A DNA stretch of 63,638 nucleotides, counting the filler. It is 6 parts of 6 records of this genome, joined end to end, with 100 filler letters (N's around TTAATTAATTAA, not from the genome) between each part and the next. Parts side by side here need not be neighbours in the genome. Positions count along the whole stretch, not along the records: positions 30,679 to 37,697 come from DRR378314_2276; positions 37,798 to 50,256 come from DRR378314_2277; 4 more parts are not named here. One strand, given 5' to 3'. The position numbers were made by a program, and so were the translations under genes. Shown here in pieces: positions 34,893 through 46,169 of the stretch (position 1 is its first letter; the number at the start of each line of letters is the position of its first letter). The notes below the pieces were generated by a model that searched no databases, was not told the origin of the DNA, and worked only from the letters and a program-made list of their open reading frames with translations.

Positions 34893-35378
34893 TTAATCAC
34901 GAAAGTTATCGAACTGTAACGGTAGTTCAGGCCCCTCTTCGCCACGTAAAAGCGCCATCACGCTCTGAAGATCGTCGCGTTTTTTACCCGTAACGCGCAC
35001 TTTTTCACCCTGAATCTGAGCCTGTACTTTTAGCTTGCTGGCTTTGATACGCTTAACCACATCTTTTGCTTCAGCCTGATCAAGCCCCTGCTTTAGAACG
35101 ACCTCCTGACGAGCTTTTACGCCAGACAACACCGGGTCTTGAATATCCATACAACGGGCATCAATCCCCCGCGCGATCAGTCGATTGCGCAACACATCGA
35201 GCATTTGCTTTAGCTGGAAATCAACCTCAGCCTCAAGCTGAACTTTCTCTCCTTCAAGTGAAAAGCTAGCGTCAACACCTTTAAAATCAAAGCGCGACTG
35301 CACTTCACGATTTGCCTGGTCGATAGCGTTAGACGCTTCGTGCTGATCAAACTCTGACACAATATCAAATGAGGGCAT
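34893..35378 (-). CDS. yajQ: YajQ family nucleotide/c-di-GMP-binding protein
   Basis: MPSFDIVSE, VRVTGKKRDDLQ and LQFDNFRD motifs. Confidence 0.97.
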   Translation of the reverse strand: MPSFDIVSEFDQHEASNAIDQANREVQSRFDFKGVDASFSLEGEKVQLEAEVDFQLKQMLDVLRNRLIARGIDARCMDIQDPVLSGVKARQEVVLKQGLDQAEAKDVVKRIKASKLKVQAQIQGEKVRVTGKKRDDLQSVMALLRGEEGPELPLQFDNFRD

Positions 35379-35601
35379 GGCATCATTCCTAGTAAGACAT
35401 GACCCACTATTCTAGAGCAGCTAGCCCCCACCCGGCCAATTTCTTACATAATGTGTCTTGCAGCGCTAACTTCGGCACCCCCAAAACTTGAACAGAATCC
35501 TCCATTAACTATACAAGACTTAACCACAGCAATATTAAATTGGCGCTGGATGAATTAACCTAGCCATCATTTACTTAATCACTTACCGATGGACACCGAC
35601 C

Positions 35602-36201
35602 ATGAGCGATCGCGATGCACGTCACAAAGCGTCGATGGAAAAACTGAAAGCCCGCGTTGACGAGAAAGTGGCCAACGCTACCGAGCAGCGTGGGCTGTTG
35701 CTGATAAATACGGGCAATGGCAAAGGTAAGACGACTGCCGCCTGGGGTACCGTCACTCGCTCGCTTGGCTATGGCTATAAAGTTGGTGTCGTGCAATTTA
35801 TTAAGGGATTATGGGAGTGCGGTGAACGCAATCGGCTGGAGGAAGACGCAAATCTCAGTGTTGCCATCATGGCCACGGGCTTTACTTGGGATACCCAGAA
35901 TCGCGAGTCAGATACCCAAGCTTGCCAAGCAGTATGGCAAGAAGCTGAAAAAATGCTCGCAGACCCAGCAACTTACCTCGTGGTTCTGGATGAAATCACT
36001 TACATGTTGAAGTTCGGTTATCTAGATATTGATACGGTTAAGCAAGCACTGATCAATCGACCGCAAGAGCAAACGGTGATTATTACCGGACGCAATGCTC
36101 ATCGGGATTTAGTGGCAATGGCGGATACAGTGACAGAGATGCAAGAGGTACGCCACGCGTTTAACAATGGCCTGCAAGCCCGTCGCGGCATCGACTTTTA
36201 G
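35602..36201 (+). CDS. cobO: Cob(I)alamin adenosyltransferase
   Basis: TGNGKGKTTAA, VQFIKG, VLDE and ITGR motifs. Confidence 0.96.
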   Translation: MSDRDARHKASMEKLKARVDEKVANATEQRGLLLINTGNGKGKTTAAWGTVTRSLGYGYKVGVVQFIKGLWECGERNRLEEDANLSVAIMATGFTWDTQNRESDTQACQAVWQEAEKMLADPATYLVVLDEITYMLKFGYLDIDTVKQALINRPQEQTVIITGRNAHRDLVAMADTVTEMQEVRHAFNNGLQARRGIDF

Positions 36202-36224
36202 TTTCAATACGGATGCTAAAAAGC

Positions 36225-36254
36225 AAAAAGGGGCGATTTACTCGCCCCCTTTTT
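36225..36254. terminator. Bidirectional terminator between cobO and purA
   Basis: AAAAAGGGGCGA-TTTAC-TCGCCCCCTTTTT. Confidence 0.88.
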
Positions 36255-36330
36255 CAACTACTCAATTTTTTCAACTGCTCAATTATCTCAGCAGCTGACA
36301 AACACACACTATTTATGCATGAATGCTCGC

Positions 36331-37697
<1,367 letters not shown>

Positions 37698-37797
37698 NNN
37701 NNNNNNNNNNNNNNNNNNNNNNNNNNNNNNNNNNNNNNNNNTTAATTAATTAANNNNNNNNNNNNNNNNNNNNNNNNNNNNNNNNNNNNNNNNNNNN
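37698..37797. other. Artificial contig spacer
   Basis: 44 N + TTAATTAATTAA + 44 N. Confidence 0.99.
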
Positions 37798-37870
<73 letters not shown>

Positions 37871-37973
37871 AATTTCTTCCCCCGTCATGCCCCTCCCGCT
37901 GTCTTAAACCGGTCAGATTCGCTAGCATACGGCTTTCCCCCGAAGCCCCGGATAGCCCTTTGGCTGGAGAGCG

Positions 37974-39797
37974 ATGAGTTACCAGGTTCTCGCCCGCAAA
38001 TATCGACCGCGCACCTTCGACGAGCTGGTGGGCCAGGAGCATGTGTCCCGGGCGCTCACCCACGCGCTGGATCAGGACCGCCTGCACCACGCCTATTTGT
38101 TCACCGGCACCCGCGGGGTCGGCAAGACCACCATCGCGCGCATCCTGTCCCGCTGTCTGAACTGCGAAGAGGGGGTCAGCAGCCGCCCGTGCGGGGTCTG
38201 CCCCACCTGCGAGGAAATCGGCGAAGGCCGCTTCGTGGATCTGATCGAGGTGGATGCCGCCAGCCGTACCAAGGTGGAGGACACCCGCGAGCTGCTCGAG
38301 AATGTGCAGTACGCGCCCACCCGGGGCCGCTACAAGGTGTACCTGATCGATGAGGTGCACATGCTTTCGGCGCACTCCTTCAATGCGTTGCTGAAGACGC
38401 TGGAAGAGCCACCGCCGCACGTGAAGTTCCTGCTTGCCACCACCGACCCCCAGCGTCTGCCGGTAACGGTGCTGTCCCGCTGCCTGCAGTTCAGCCTCAA
38501 GGCGCTGCCCGCCGAGCAGATCGCCGGCCACCTGAAAGCCCTGCTCGAGCGCGAGATGATCCGCTTCGAGGAGCCGGCGCTGCTGGCCCTGGGCCGGGCG
38601 GCGCAGGGCTCCATGCGCGACGCCCTGAGCCTCACCGACCAGGCGATTTCGTTCGGCGGCGAGCAGCTCAGCGCCCAGTCGGTGAGCGCCATGCTGGGCA
38701 CCGTGGACCGGGGCCATGTGCATACCCTGCTGGAAGCGCTGGCCGGTGGCGAAGCCGCCGGTGTGCTGCAGGGGCTGGCGGCGATCGCCGAGCACGCGCC
38801 CGACGAGCTGGCCCTGCTCGATGAGCTGGTATCCGCGCTGCACGAGCTGGCGGTGATCCAGGCGCTGGGCGGGGAGGGCGCCGACCCGACCATGGCGGGC
38901 CTGGCGGAGCGCTTCCAGGCGGAACAGATTCAACTCTATTACGACGTGGCGCTGCGCGGACGGCGGGATATCCAGGACGCTCCGGACGCGCGGGCGGCCC
39001 TGGAAATGATCCTGCTGCGCATGGTGCTGTTTTCCCCGCGTGGCGTGCTGCCGGGCGGGGAGGCCCGCGCCCCGGCAAAAAAGCCTGACGCCCCGGCGCC
39101 GTCGCCCCAGGGCGGCGGGCCGGGGGATTTGCGCGCCTTGCTCGGCGGTGACACGGGCCGACGCACCGCGCCCAAGGAGCCGGTGGCGCCGGAGCCCCGG
39201 GCCGAAGAAACACCGCCCGCCGAGCCGCCGCCGGCTGAGCGCGCGCCGGCCGAAGCCCCGGCTGCGCGCGGAGAGTCGTCGGCCACGTCATCCGCGCCCG
39301 CCCCGGCGCCGGCCTCCGAACCGGAGCCCGTGTCCGAGCCCGAGCCGAAGGCCGAGCCCACGCCAATGCCGCTGGCGGAGCCGGAATCCGATCAGGACGT
39401 GGGCTCCTGGTGGGCCGCCCTGGTGGAGCGCCTGCCGCTGGACGGCGCGGCGCGCAACCTGGCCCGCAACACGGTGCTGGCGGCCCGCCAGGAGAACCAG
39501 TGGACCCTGCGCCTGAGCACCGGCCACCAGGTGCTGGTGAACCCGGAGCGTACCCAGGAGCTGGCCGGCGCCCTCAGCGACTATTTTCAGCGCCGTATCC
39601 GGCTCAATCTGGAATACGACGCCGACGCCGGCGACACCCCCGAGGCCATCGACCAGGAGCGCCGCCGGGTGCGGCTGGAGGAAGCGCGCGGCGCCTTGCT
39701 GGAAGACCGCACCGTGCAGACCCTGATTCAGCAGTTCAACGCCCGGCTGGATGAAAGCAGCATCCAGCCCCGGGACCACGACCAACCCACCGATTGA
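37974..39797 (+). CDS. dnaX: DNA polymerase III subunits tau/gamma
   Basis: LARKYRP, GTRGVGKT, zinc cysteines, DEVHML and SRC motifs; Pro/Ala/Glu linker; tau C-terminal domain. Confidence 0.98.
   Translation: MSYQVLARKYRPRTFDELVGQEHVSRALTHALDQDRLHHAYLFTGTRGVGKTTIARILSRCLNCEEGVSSRPCGVCPTCEEIGEGRFVDLIEVDAASRTKVEDTRELLENVQYAPTRGRYKVYLIDEVHMLSAHSFNALLKTLEEPPPHVKFLLATTDPQRLPVTVLSRCLQFSLKALPAEQIAGHLKALLEREMIRFEEPALLALGRAAQGSMRDALSLTDQAISFGGEQLSAQSVSAMLGTVDRGHVHTLLEALAGGEAAGVLQGLAAIAEHAPDELALLDELVSALHELAVIQALGGEGADPTMAGLAERFQAEQIQLYYDVALRGRRDIQDAPDARAALEMILLRMVLFSPRGVLPGGEARAPAKKPDAPAPSPQGGGPGDLRALLGGDTGRRTAPKEPVAPEPRAEETPPAEPPPAERAPAEAPAARGESSATSSAPAPAPASEPEPVSEPEPKAEPTPMPLAEPESDQDVGSWWAALVERLPLDGAARNLARNTVLAARQENQWTLRLSTGHQVLVNPERTQELAGALSDYFQRRIRLNLEYDADAGDTPEAIDQERRRVRLEEARGALLEDRTVQTLIQQFNARLDESSIQPRDHDQPTD
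39057..39125 (+). other. Programmed -1 ribosomal frameshift cassette in dnaX
   Basis: GGGGAGG at 39057-39063, in-frame A AAA AAG at 39077-39083, -1-frame TGA at 39086-39088, GC-rich hairpin at 39091-39125. Confidence 0.85.
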
Positions 39798-39809
39798 AAA
39801 AGGTGCGTC

Positions 39810-40127
39810 ATGGATTTCGATATGAACAACCTTCTCCAGCAGGCACAGCAGATGCAGGAGAAGATGAAGAAAGCCCAGGAAGAGGCCGCCAACGCGGAAG
39901 TCACCGGTGAAGCCGGCGCCGGCCTGGTGAAGGTGGTCATGAACGGCCGCCACGACGTGAAGAATGTCTCCCTGGATCCGAGCCTGATGAGCGAGGACAA
40001 GGAAATGCTGGAAGACCTGCTGGCGGCGGCGGTCAACGACGCGGTGCGCCGGGTGGAAAGCAGCCAGAAAGACATGATGAAGGGCATGACCGACGGCTTT
40101 CCCTTCCCGCCGGGGTTCAAGCCGTGA
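39810..40127 (+). CDS. ybaB: YbaB/EbfC nucleoid-associated protein
   Basis: QAQQMQ, GAGLVKV and [12 protein letters not shown] motifs; lies between dnaX and recR. Confidence 0.95.
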   Translation: MDFDMNNLLQQAQQMQEKMKKAQEEAANAEVTGEAGAGLVKVVMNGRHDVKNVSLDPSLMSEDKEMLEDLLAAAVNDAVRRVESSQKDMMKGMTDGFPFPPGFKP

Positions 40128-40726
40128 AGCACACTCCCCTGGTGGAGAAACTGATCCAGTCGTTCACCTGCCTGCCCGGGGTGGGGCCGCGCTCCGCCCA
40201 GCGCATGGCCTACGCGCTGCTGGAACGGGGCCGTGACGACGGCCGCGGCCTGGCGGCGGCGCTGAACGCGGCCATGGACGGCGTTAAACAGTGCCGCCGC
40301 TGCCGCAATTACGCCGAGCAGGAGCTGTGCCCGGTCTGCCAGGACCCGCGTCGCGACCCGGGCCTGGTGTGCATCGTCGCCTCGCCGGCGGACGTGCTGG
40401 CGGTGGAGCAATCGGCGGAATACCGGGGCCACTATTTCGTGCTGATGGGCGAGCTGTCGCCGCTGGACGGCGTCGGCCCCCGCGAGCTGGGCCTGGACGT
40501 GCTGGAAGCGCGCCTCAACGAAGGCCAGATCCAGGAGCTGATCCTGGCCACCGGCACCACCGTGGAAGGCGAGGCCACCGCGCACTACGTGCTGGACCTG
40601 GCCCGGGAAGCGGGCGTCAGCGTCACCCGCATCGCCCAGGGCGTGCCCATGGGCGGCGACCTGGAATTCGTCGACGGCGCCACCCTGGCCCAGGCCCTGC
40701 GCGGCCGCCGACCGTTTTCTTCTTGA
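40124..40726 (+). CDS. recR: Recombination protein RecR
   Basis: [12 protein letters not shown]4 zinc finger, Toprim EGEATA. Confidence 0.97.
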   Translation: MKHTPLVEKLIQSFTCLPGVGPRSAQRMAYALLERGRDDGRGLAAALNAAMDGVKQCRRCRNYAEQELCPVCQDPRRDPGLVCIVASPADVLAVEQSAEYRGHYFVLMGELSPLDGVGPRELGLDVLEARLNEGQIQELILATGTTVEGEATAHYVLDLAREAGVSVTRIAQGVPMGGDLEFVDGATLAQALRGRRPFSS

Positions 40727-40856
40727 CCCCTTCCTGAATCGCGCGGGCGTCGCCCGCGTGTCCCTTGCGGTTGCCTTGCTGCTTTTCTTCCACGGGGCTA
40801 CCATGCGAACCAAGCAAGCGCTTGGTTTATGACGCTCGATACAATAAGGAGATCCC

Positions 40857-41999
40857 GTGCCTGAACTGTCCTATTTCGACGATACCCATCGCATGGTCCG
40901 CGACACCGTGCGCAGCTTCGTTCAGCGTGAAATTCTGCCCTACGTGAACGATTGGGAAGAAGCCGGGGAATTCCCCCGCGAGCTTTACAAGAAGGCGGCG
41001 GACGCCGGCATTCTCGGCATCGGCGCACCGGAGAAATGGGGCGGCAGCGGCGAAGACGTGTTCATGAAAGTGGCGGCCTGCGAAGAGATGGTGCGCTGCA
41101 CCTCCGGCGGCGTGGGCGCCAGCCTGGGGTCGCTGGATATCGGCCTGCCGCCGGTCTGGAAATGGGGCTCGGAAGCGCTGCAGGAAAAAGTGGTGCCGCC
41201 GGTACTGGCCGGCGACAAGATCGCCGCGCTGGCGGTCACCGAGCCGGGCGGCGGCTCGGACGTGGCCAACCTGCGCACCCGCGCCGTGCGTGACGGCGAC
41301 CACTATGTGGTCAACGGCAGCAAGACCTTCATTACCAGCGGCGTGCGCGCCGACTATTACACCGTGGCGGTGCGCACCGGCGACCCCGGCTTCGGCGGCA
41401 TCTCGCTGCTGCTGGTGGAGAAGGACACCCCCGGCTTCACCGTCGGCCGCAAGCTCAAGAAGATGGGCTGGTGGGCGTCCGACACCGCCGAGCTGTTCTT
41501 CGAGGATTGCCGGGTGCCGGCGGAAAACCTGATCGGCGCGGAGAACGGCGGCTTTTTCTGCATCATGAGCAACTTCCAGATGGAGCGCCTGATTCTCGCG
41601 GTCACCGCCAACATGACCGCCCAGGTCGCCCTGGACGAAGCCATGGCCTATGCCCGTGAGCGCGAGGCGTTCGGCCGCCCGATCGCCGGCTTCCAGGTGA
41701 CCCGCCACAAGCTGGCGGAAATGGCCACCCAGGTGGCGGTGAGCCGGGAGTTCACCTATCGGGTGGCGGCGCGGCTGGCCAACGGCGAGGATTGCGTGCT
41801 GGACGTGTCCATGGCCAAGAACCAGGCCACCCAGTGCGCCGACCGGGTCACCTGGGACGCGGTGCAGATCTTCGGCGGCGCCGGCTATATGCGCGGCACC
41901 GTAGTGGAGCGGCTGTTCCGCGACAACCGCATTCTCTCTATCGGCGGCGGCACCTACGAGATCATGAACGAGGTGATCGCCAAGCGTCTGGGGCTGTAA
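40857..41999 (+). CDS. Acyl-CoA dehydrogenase
   Basis: AVTEPGGGSD, NGSKTFIT, QIFGGAGY and IGGGTYE motifs. Confidence 0.95.
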   Translation: MPELSYFDDTHRMVRDTVRSFVQREILPYVNDWEEAGEFPRELYKKAADAGILGIGAPEKWGGSGEDVFMKVAACEEMVRCTSGGVGASLGSLDIGLPPVWKWGSEALQEKVVPPVLAGDKIAALAVTEPGGGSDVANLRTRAVRDGDHYVVNGSKTFITSGVRADYYTVAVRTGDPGFGGISLLLVEKDTPGFTVGRKLKKMGWWASDTAELFFEDCRVPAENLIGAENGGFFCIMSNFQMERLILAVTANMTAQVALDEAMAYAREREAFGRPIAGFQVTRHKLAEMATQVAVSREFTYRVAARLANGEDCVLDVSMAKNQATQCADRVTWDAVQIFGGAGYMRGTVVERLFRDNRILSIGGGTYEIMNEVIAKRLGL

Positions 42000-42008
42000 G
42001 CCGCCGGT

Positions 42009-43007
42009 TCAGCCGCCGGTGCATTCGGCCCGGGAGCTGTTCAGTTTGCAGCGCACTTTGCGCAGCAGGTCGAGCATGTCCGGGTCGTAGTGGCCCTCGT
42101 TACGCATCTGGTCGCGGGCGTCCTGCATCATGACTTCGTATTCCTGCTTGTCCTTGTCGGGGATGTCCACCCACCACTTGTCGTCCACCACCGACGCTTC
42201 CCGTTCCACCTGCTCCAGCACCTGGTCGAGGCTGTTGTAGAAGTACTCCCGTGAGGTCTGGGCCATTTCCTCGGGGAAGCGGTCGCCCTTGGCGATCAGC
42301 TGGATTGAGAGCTGCACCAGCGGGTAGTCGATGATGCCGCCGTCCGGTTCCAGGCCCTTGTAGAGTTCCAGCACGTTGTAGGCCACCAGCGGGGCGGCGA
42401 TCACATCCACCACGCCGTTGTTGAACTTGCCGGCGAAGTTGGTGATGTCCGAGGGCACCGGCGTGGCACCGGCGGCGGCCACCAGCTTGGCCTGGGTGGG
42501 GTCGTAGTCGAGTACCGCCACTTTTTTGCCGGCCGCCTTGGCGAGGGTGTTCACGCGCCGGTCGTTGACGAAAATGTAGGCGGCGCCGATCGGCGCGATG
42601 CCCATGACTTCATAGGAGTTGGCGGTCAGCTTGTCGGCGCTGTTGGGGTGCGCCAGTACCTGCAGCGCGATCTTCATGTGTTCCATGGTGGGAATGGCGC
42701 CGATGGAATCCAGGGTGCCCGCGTAGGTGTTGAACTGGCGCGCGCGGATACCGGTCATCAGGGCGGCGTCACACACCCCGGCCTTGAGGTCTTCCGCGAC
42801 CACCGATTCGTTGGTGTACACCTTCAGGTTGGCGTCCAGCCCCCAGTTCATGGCTTCGGTGCGCCAATCCTGCATGGCGGCCATGGTGGGGCCGACCTTG
42901 CCGGCGATGTCGAAGACGCAGATGTCCCGTTCGATGGTTTCCGCCGTGGCCACGGAAGAGGCCAGCAACAGGCCGGAAGCAAGAAACGCTTTGAGGGTTG
43001 TTGTCAT
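42009..43007 (-). CDS. Putative solute-binding protein (AdeT/DUF6091-like, TRAP DctP-like fold)
   Basis: Signal peptide, CVFDIAG, EDLKAGVCDAA and FAGKFNNG motifs, C-terminal cysteine pair. Confidence 0.75.
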   Translation of the reverse strand: MTTTLKAFLASGLLLASSVATAETIERDICVFDIAGKVGPTMAAMQDWRTEAMNWGLDANLKVYTNESVVAEDLKAGVCDAALMTGIRARQFNTYAGTLDSIGAIPTMEHMKIALQVLAHPNSADKLTANSYEVMGIAPIGAAYIFVNDRRVNTLAKAAGKKVAVLDYDPTQAKLVAAAGATPVPSDITNFAGKFNNGVVDVIAAPLVAYNVLELYKGLEPDGGIIDYPLVQLSIQLIAKGDRFPEEMAQTSREYFYNSLDQVLEQVEREASVVDDKWWVDIPDKDKQEYEVMMQDARDQMRNEGHYDPDMLDLLRKVRCKLNSSRAECTGG

Positions 43008-43171
43008 GATTATGGTCCTTCATAGGAAAAGCTGCCGAGTACCCGATGTTAGAGGGGCGGGGCAAGGACACAAAACCATGGCGCCGGGCGCGCTGAGCGT
43101 TTCGGTCACCCGGCGCGGGAACTTTCGCCCGCCGTGGCCGGCGGGCGGTTTTTTGCCGGTGGCGCCGCCTG

Positions 43172-44101
43172 TCAGAAGCTGTAGTTCTTCAGGCGGTTGG
43201 CCTGCTGGCGATACAGGGTTACCGGGTCGGTGCTCCAGATATCGTGCAGGCCCAGCACCTGGTTGACCTCGTCCAGGTGGTTCATGCGGTAGTCGTCGCG
43301 GATCACCATGCCCAGATGGCTGGAACAGCTGCTCACCAGGCCGTCGTTCTTTTCGCCCAGGAAGACGATGGAGGTGGCGCCGAGCAGCGCGTCGGACGGA
43401 TCGAAACCGTTGGTCAGCGGTTTGGCGCCGCTCCAGGAGAAGTAGGACACGCCGTTGCCGGCCTGACGCTGGCCTTCACCGCAGTATTCGGCGGGCACGC
43501 CTTCAGGGTAGAGCTGGTTGAAGGCCAGAGTTTCCTCGGTGGTCAGCGCCTTGAGCGCGGCCATGATGTCCTGCTGATTGCCGCCGCCGGAAAACAGGTC
43601 GATCAGGCCGGCCAGGGCGTTGCCCAGATAGCCGATCAGGTCGCCGGAGAAGGGCACGTTGTCGGACACGCCCTGCAGCACGTCGGCCATGCGCGCGCCC
43701 CAGTTGACGCCGCCCACGCTGCTCACCGAGGCCACCATCTGCGGGTAGACCGAAGCCACGTAGCGGGCGGTGGGGCCGCCGTGGCTGTGGCCGATCAGAT
43801 TGACCTTGCCGGCGCCGGTGGTGGCGAGGATGTCCTCCACCTGGCGGGCCAGCTGTTCGCCGCGCACCTCGGTGTCCTCGGCGGCGCTGACCTGGGTCAC
43901 GTAGACCTCGGCGCCGCCCTGGCGCAGTTCCTCGGGGATGCGGTACCAGTAGTCCACGCCGGCGGCGCTGTCGAAGCCGAACAGGCCGTGCACCAGCACG
44001 ATGGGGTAACGGGTTTCGGTGTAATCCGCGGTGGTCAGGCCGGGCAGTGACAGAACCGCCAGGGCCATGACCCCTATGAGAGTCCGGGTTAAGGTTTTCA
44101 T
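43172..44101 (-). CDS. Secreted triacylglycerol lipase (family I, LipA-like)
   Basis: Signal peptide, YPIVLVHGLFG, GHSHG nucleophile elbow, NDGLV and NHLDEVNQ motifs. Confidence 0.95.
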   Translation of the reverse strand: MKTLTRTLIGVMALAVLSLPGLTTADYTETRYPIVLVHGLFGFDSAAGVDYWYRIPEELRQGGAEVYVTQVSAAEDTEVRGEQLARQVEDILATTGAGKVNLIGHSHGGPTARYVASVYPQMVASVSSVGGVNWGARMADVLQGVSDNVPFSGDLIGYLGNALAGLIDLFSGGGNQQDIMAALKALTTEETLAFNQLYPEGVPAEYCGEGQRQAGNGVSYFSWSGAKPLTNGFDPSDALLGATSIVFLGEKNDGLVSSCSSHLGMVIRDDYRMNHLDEVNQVLGLHDIWSTDPVTLYRQQANRLKNYSF

Positions 44102-44267
44102 AAGCTTCCCTGATTTTTTTGTTGTCGAATGTCTTGGTCCGCCGGTCGGTCCTTGTTTTTTATCGACCGGTGGTTTGATGCTAGCCTTACTGCTGGCGGT
44201 GGTTCACTAATAAAAAAGTACCAATCCGACTAGCGGTCGACAGGGAACAACTGAACGGAGAACAACA

Positions 44268-45263
44268 ATGAAAGGACCTCTGGCCCTGGCGGCGACCATG
44301 TCGTTGCTGGTGGTGACGCTGGCGCTGATGGGCGTGTGGTGGCGGGAAACGCCGTCGAAACCGGCGCCGGCCCGATCGGACGCGCCGGCGGCGGACCCGG
44401 ACGGCGGCGAATCCGAGTTCCAGGACTACGTGGCCCGCGGACGCAAGCTCGGCGAGGAGCCGGCGTCCTGGCGCGGCACCGTGCCCGACGGCGCCCTGCG
44501 CGAGGACGAGCGCGGCAATCTGATTGTCTCGGAGGAGGTGCGGCGGCGTTTCGATTATTTCCTCTCCGCTCTGGGCGAAGAGGAGCTGAACGTGCTGCGC
44601 GGCCGGGTGGCGGCCCACTTGCGGGGCGCGCTTTCGGAGAGGGCGGCCCGCCAGGCGTGGGATCTGTTCGAGCGCTATATCGGTTATCGGTCCGCCCTGC
44701 GCGAGCTGGACGAGCACGACGGCAGCGTCGCCGGCATGCGGCAAAGCCTGGAAGAGCGCCGGGCGCTGCGCGACCAGTGGTTCAGCGCCGCCACCCGCGA
44801 GGCGTTTTTCGGCTTCCGCGACCGCTACGCGGACTTCGCCTTGCAGCGGCGTGCGCTGTTGGAAAACGAGCAACTCGAGCCGGCCGAGAAACAGGCCCGT
44901 CTGGAAGCGCTGGAGGCGGGCCTGCCGGAGGACATGCGCGAGATGGTGCGCGCCTCGCGGCGGCCCTCGGAGGTGGCCGAGGCGGTGCGGCAATTACGCG
45001 AGCAGGGCGCCCCGGAGGCGCGCGTGTATCAGTATCGGGAACAGCGGCTCGGGGCGGAGGCCGCCGAGCGCCTGAGCGAACTGGACCGGCGTCGGGAGGC
45101 GTGGCGTGAGCGCTATCAGGCGTACCAGGCACAGCGCCGCGCCATCGAGGACAGCGGCCTGGCGGAGGAAGATCGGGAGGATGCGATCCAGCGCCTGCGC
45201 GCGTCGCTGTTCGATGAAGCGGAGCAGCGGCGGGTGCGGGCGCTGGATCGGATCGGTGGCTAG
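44268..45263 (+). CDS. Lipase-specific foldase (Lif)
   Basis: N-terminal membrane anchor, SWRGTVPDG and RRRFDYFLSALGE Lif motif. Confidence 0.93.
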   Translation: MKGPLALAATMSLLVVTLALMGVWWRETPSKPAPARSDAPAADPDGGESEFQDYVARGRKLGEEPASWRGTVPDGALREDERGNLIVSEEVRRRFDYFLSALGEEELNVLRGRVAAHLRGALSERAARQAWDLFERYIGYRSALRELDEHDGSVAGMRQSLEERRALRDQWFSAATREAFFGFRDRYADFALQRRALLENEQLEPAEKQARLEALEAGLPEDMREMVRASRRPSEVAEAVRQLREQGAPEARVYQYREQRLGAEAAERLSELDRRREAWRERYQAYQAQRRAIEDSGLAEEDREDAIQRLRASLFDEAEQRRVRALDRIGG

Positions 45264-45266
45264 TGA

Positions 45267-46013
45267 CTAGCCCTTGGACTGATTGGCCACCGCCTCGGCG
45301 GCCTTGGCGGCCGCTTCCTGGTCGCCCAGGTAGTAGTTCTTGATCGGCGTCAGATCGTCGTCCAGCTCATAGACCATGGGAATGCCGGTGGGGATATTGA
45401 GCTTGACGATGTCCTCGTCGGAGATGCCGCTCAAATGCTTGACCAGCGCGCGCAGGCTGTTGCCGTGGGCGCAGATCAGCACCTGCTTGCCGGCGCGCAC
45501 CTGGGGCTCGATCTCCTGCTGGTAGTAGGGCAGGAAACGGTCCACGGTGTCCTTGAGGCTTTCCGACAGCGGGATACGGTCCTCGTCCAGGTCCTTGTAG
45601 ACGCGCAGACGGCCGGCGTAGCGCTCGTCGTCGCGGTCCATCTTGGGCGGCGGCGTGTCGTAGCTGCGGCGCCAGATCAGCACCTGCTCGTCGCCGTATT
45701 TTTCGGCGGTTTCCGCCTTGTTGAGGCCCTGCAGCGCACCGTAGTGGCGCTCGTTGAGACGGTAATCGCGGATCACCGGAATCCACATCTGGTCCATGCC
45801 GTCGAGGATGGTCCAGAGGGTGCGGATGGCGCGCTTGAGCACCGAGGTGAAGGCCATATCGAATTCGAAGCCGGCTTCCTTCAGCAACTCGCCGGCCTGG
45901 CGGGCTTCCTCGCGGCCTTGATCGGTGAGGTCCACGTCTTTCCAGCCGGTGAAGCGGTTTTCCTTGTTCCAGACGCTCTGGCCGTGGCGGACCAGTACCA
46001 ATTTGGTGCTCAT
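45267..46013 (-). CDS. gpmA: 2,3-BPG-dependent phosphoglycerate mutase
   Basis: [21 protein letters not shown] and AHGNSLR motifs. Confidence 0.97.
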   Translation of the reverse strand: MSTKLVLVRHGQSVWNKENRFTGWKDVDLTDQGREEARQAGELLKEAGFEFDMAFTSVLKRAIRTLWTILDGMDQMWIPVIRDYRLNERHYGALQGLNKAETAEKYGDEQVLIWRRSYDTPPPKMDRDDERYAGRLRVYKDLDEDRIPLSESLKDTVDRFLPYYQQEIEPQVRAGKQVLICAHGNSLRALVKHLSGISDEDIVKLNIPTGIPMVYELDDDLTPIKNYYLGDQEAAAKAAEAVANQSKG

Positions 46014-46169
46014 GGCGGTTTCCTGTGCAACTGACGATTCAGAGGGCGCAAAGGGTAGCAGAAACCGGCGCTGAAATTGAGTGCCGCCGGGCCGTCTCAC
46101 CGGCACTCGTTTCAGCCGCCGCCCGCGACCCGTATAATGCCGGCACATTCAGCGACGCAACGGATTCCC

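Noticed and set aside
36250-36284. Short direct repeat TTTTTCAACTRCTCAATT x2
   Set aside because: Only two copies next to a terminator, with no spacers or cas genes
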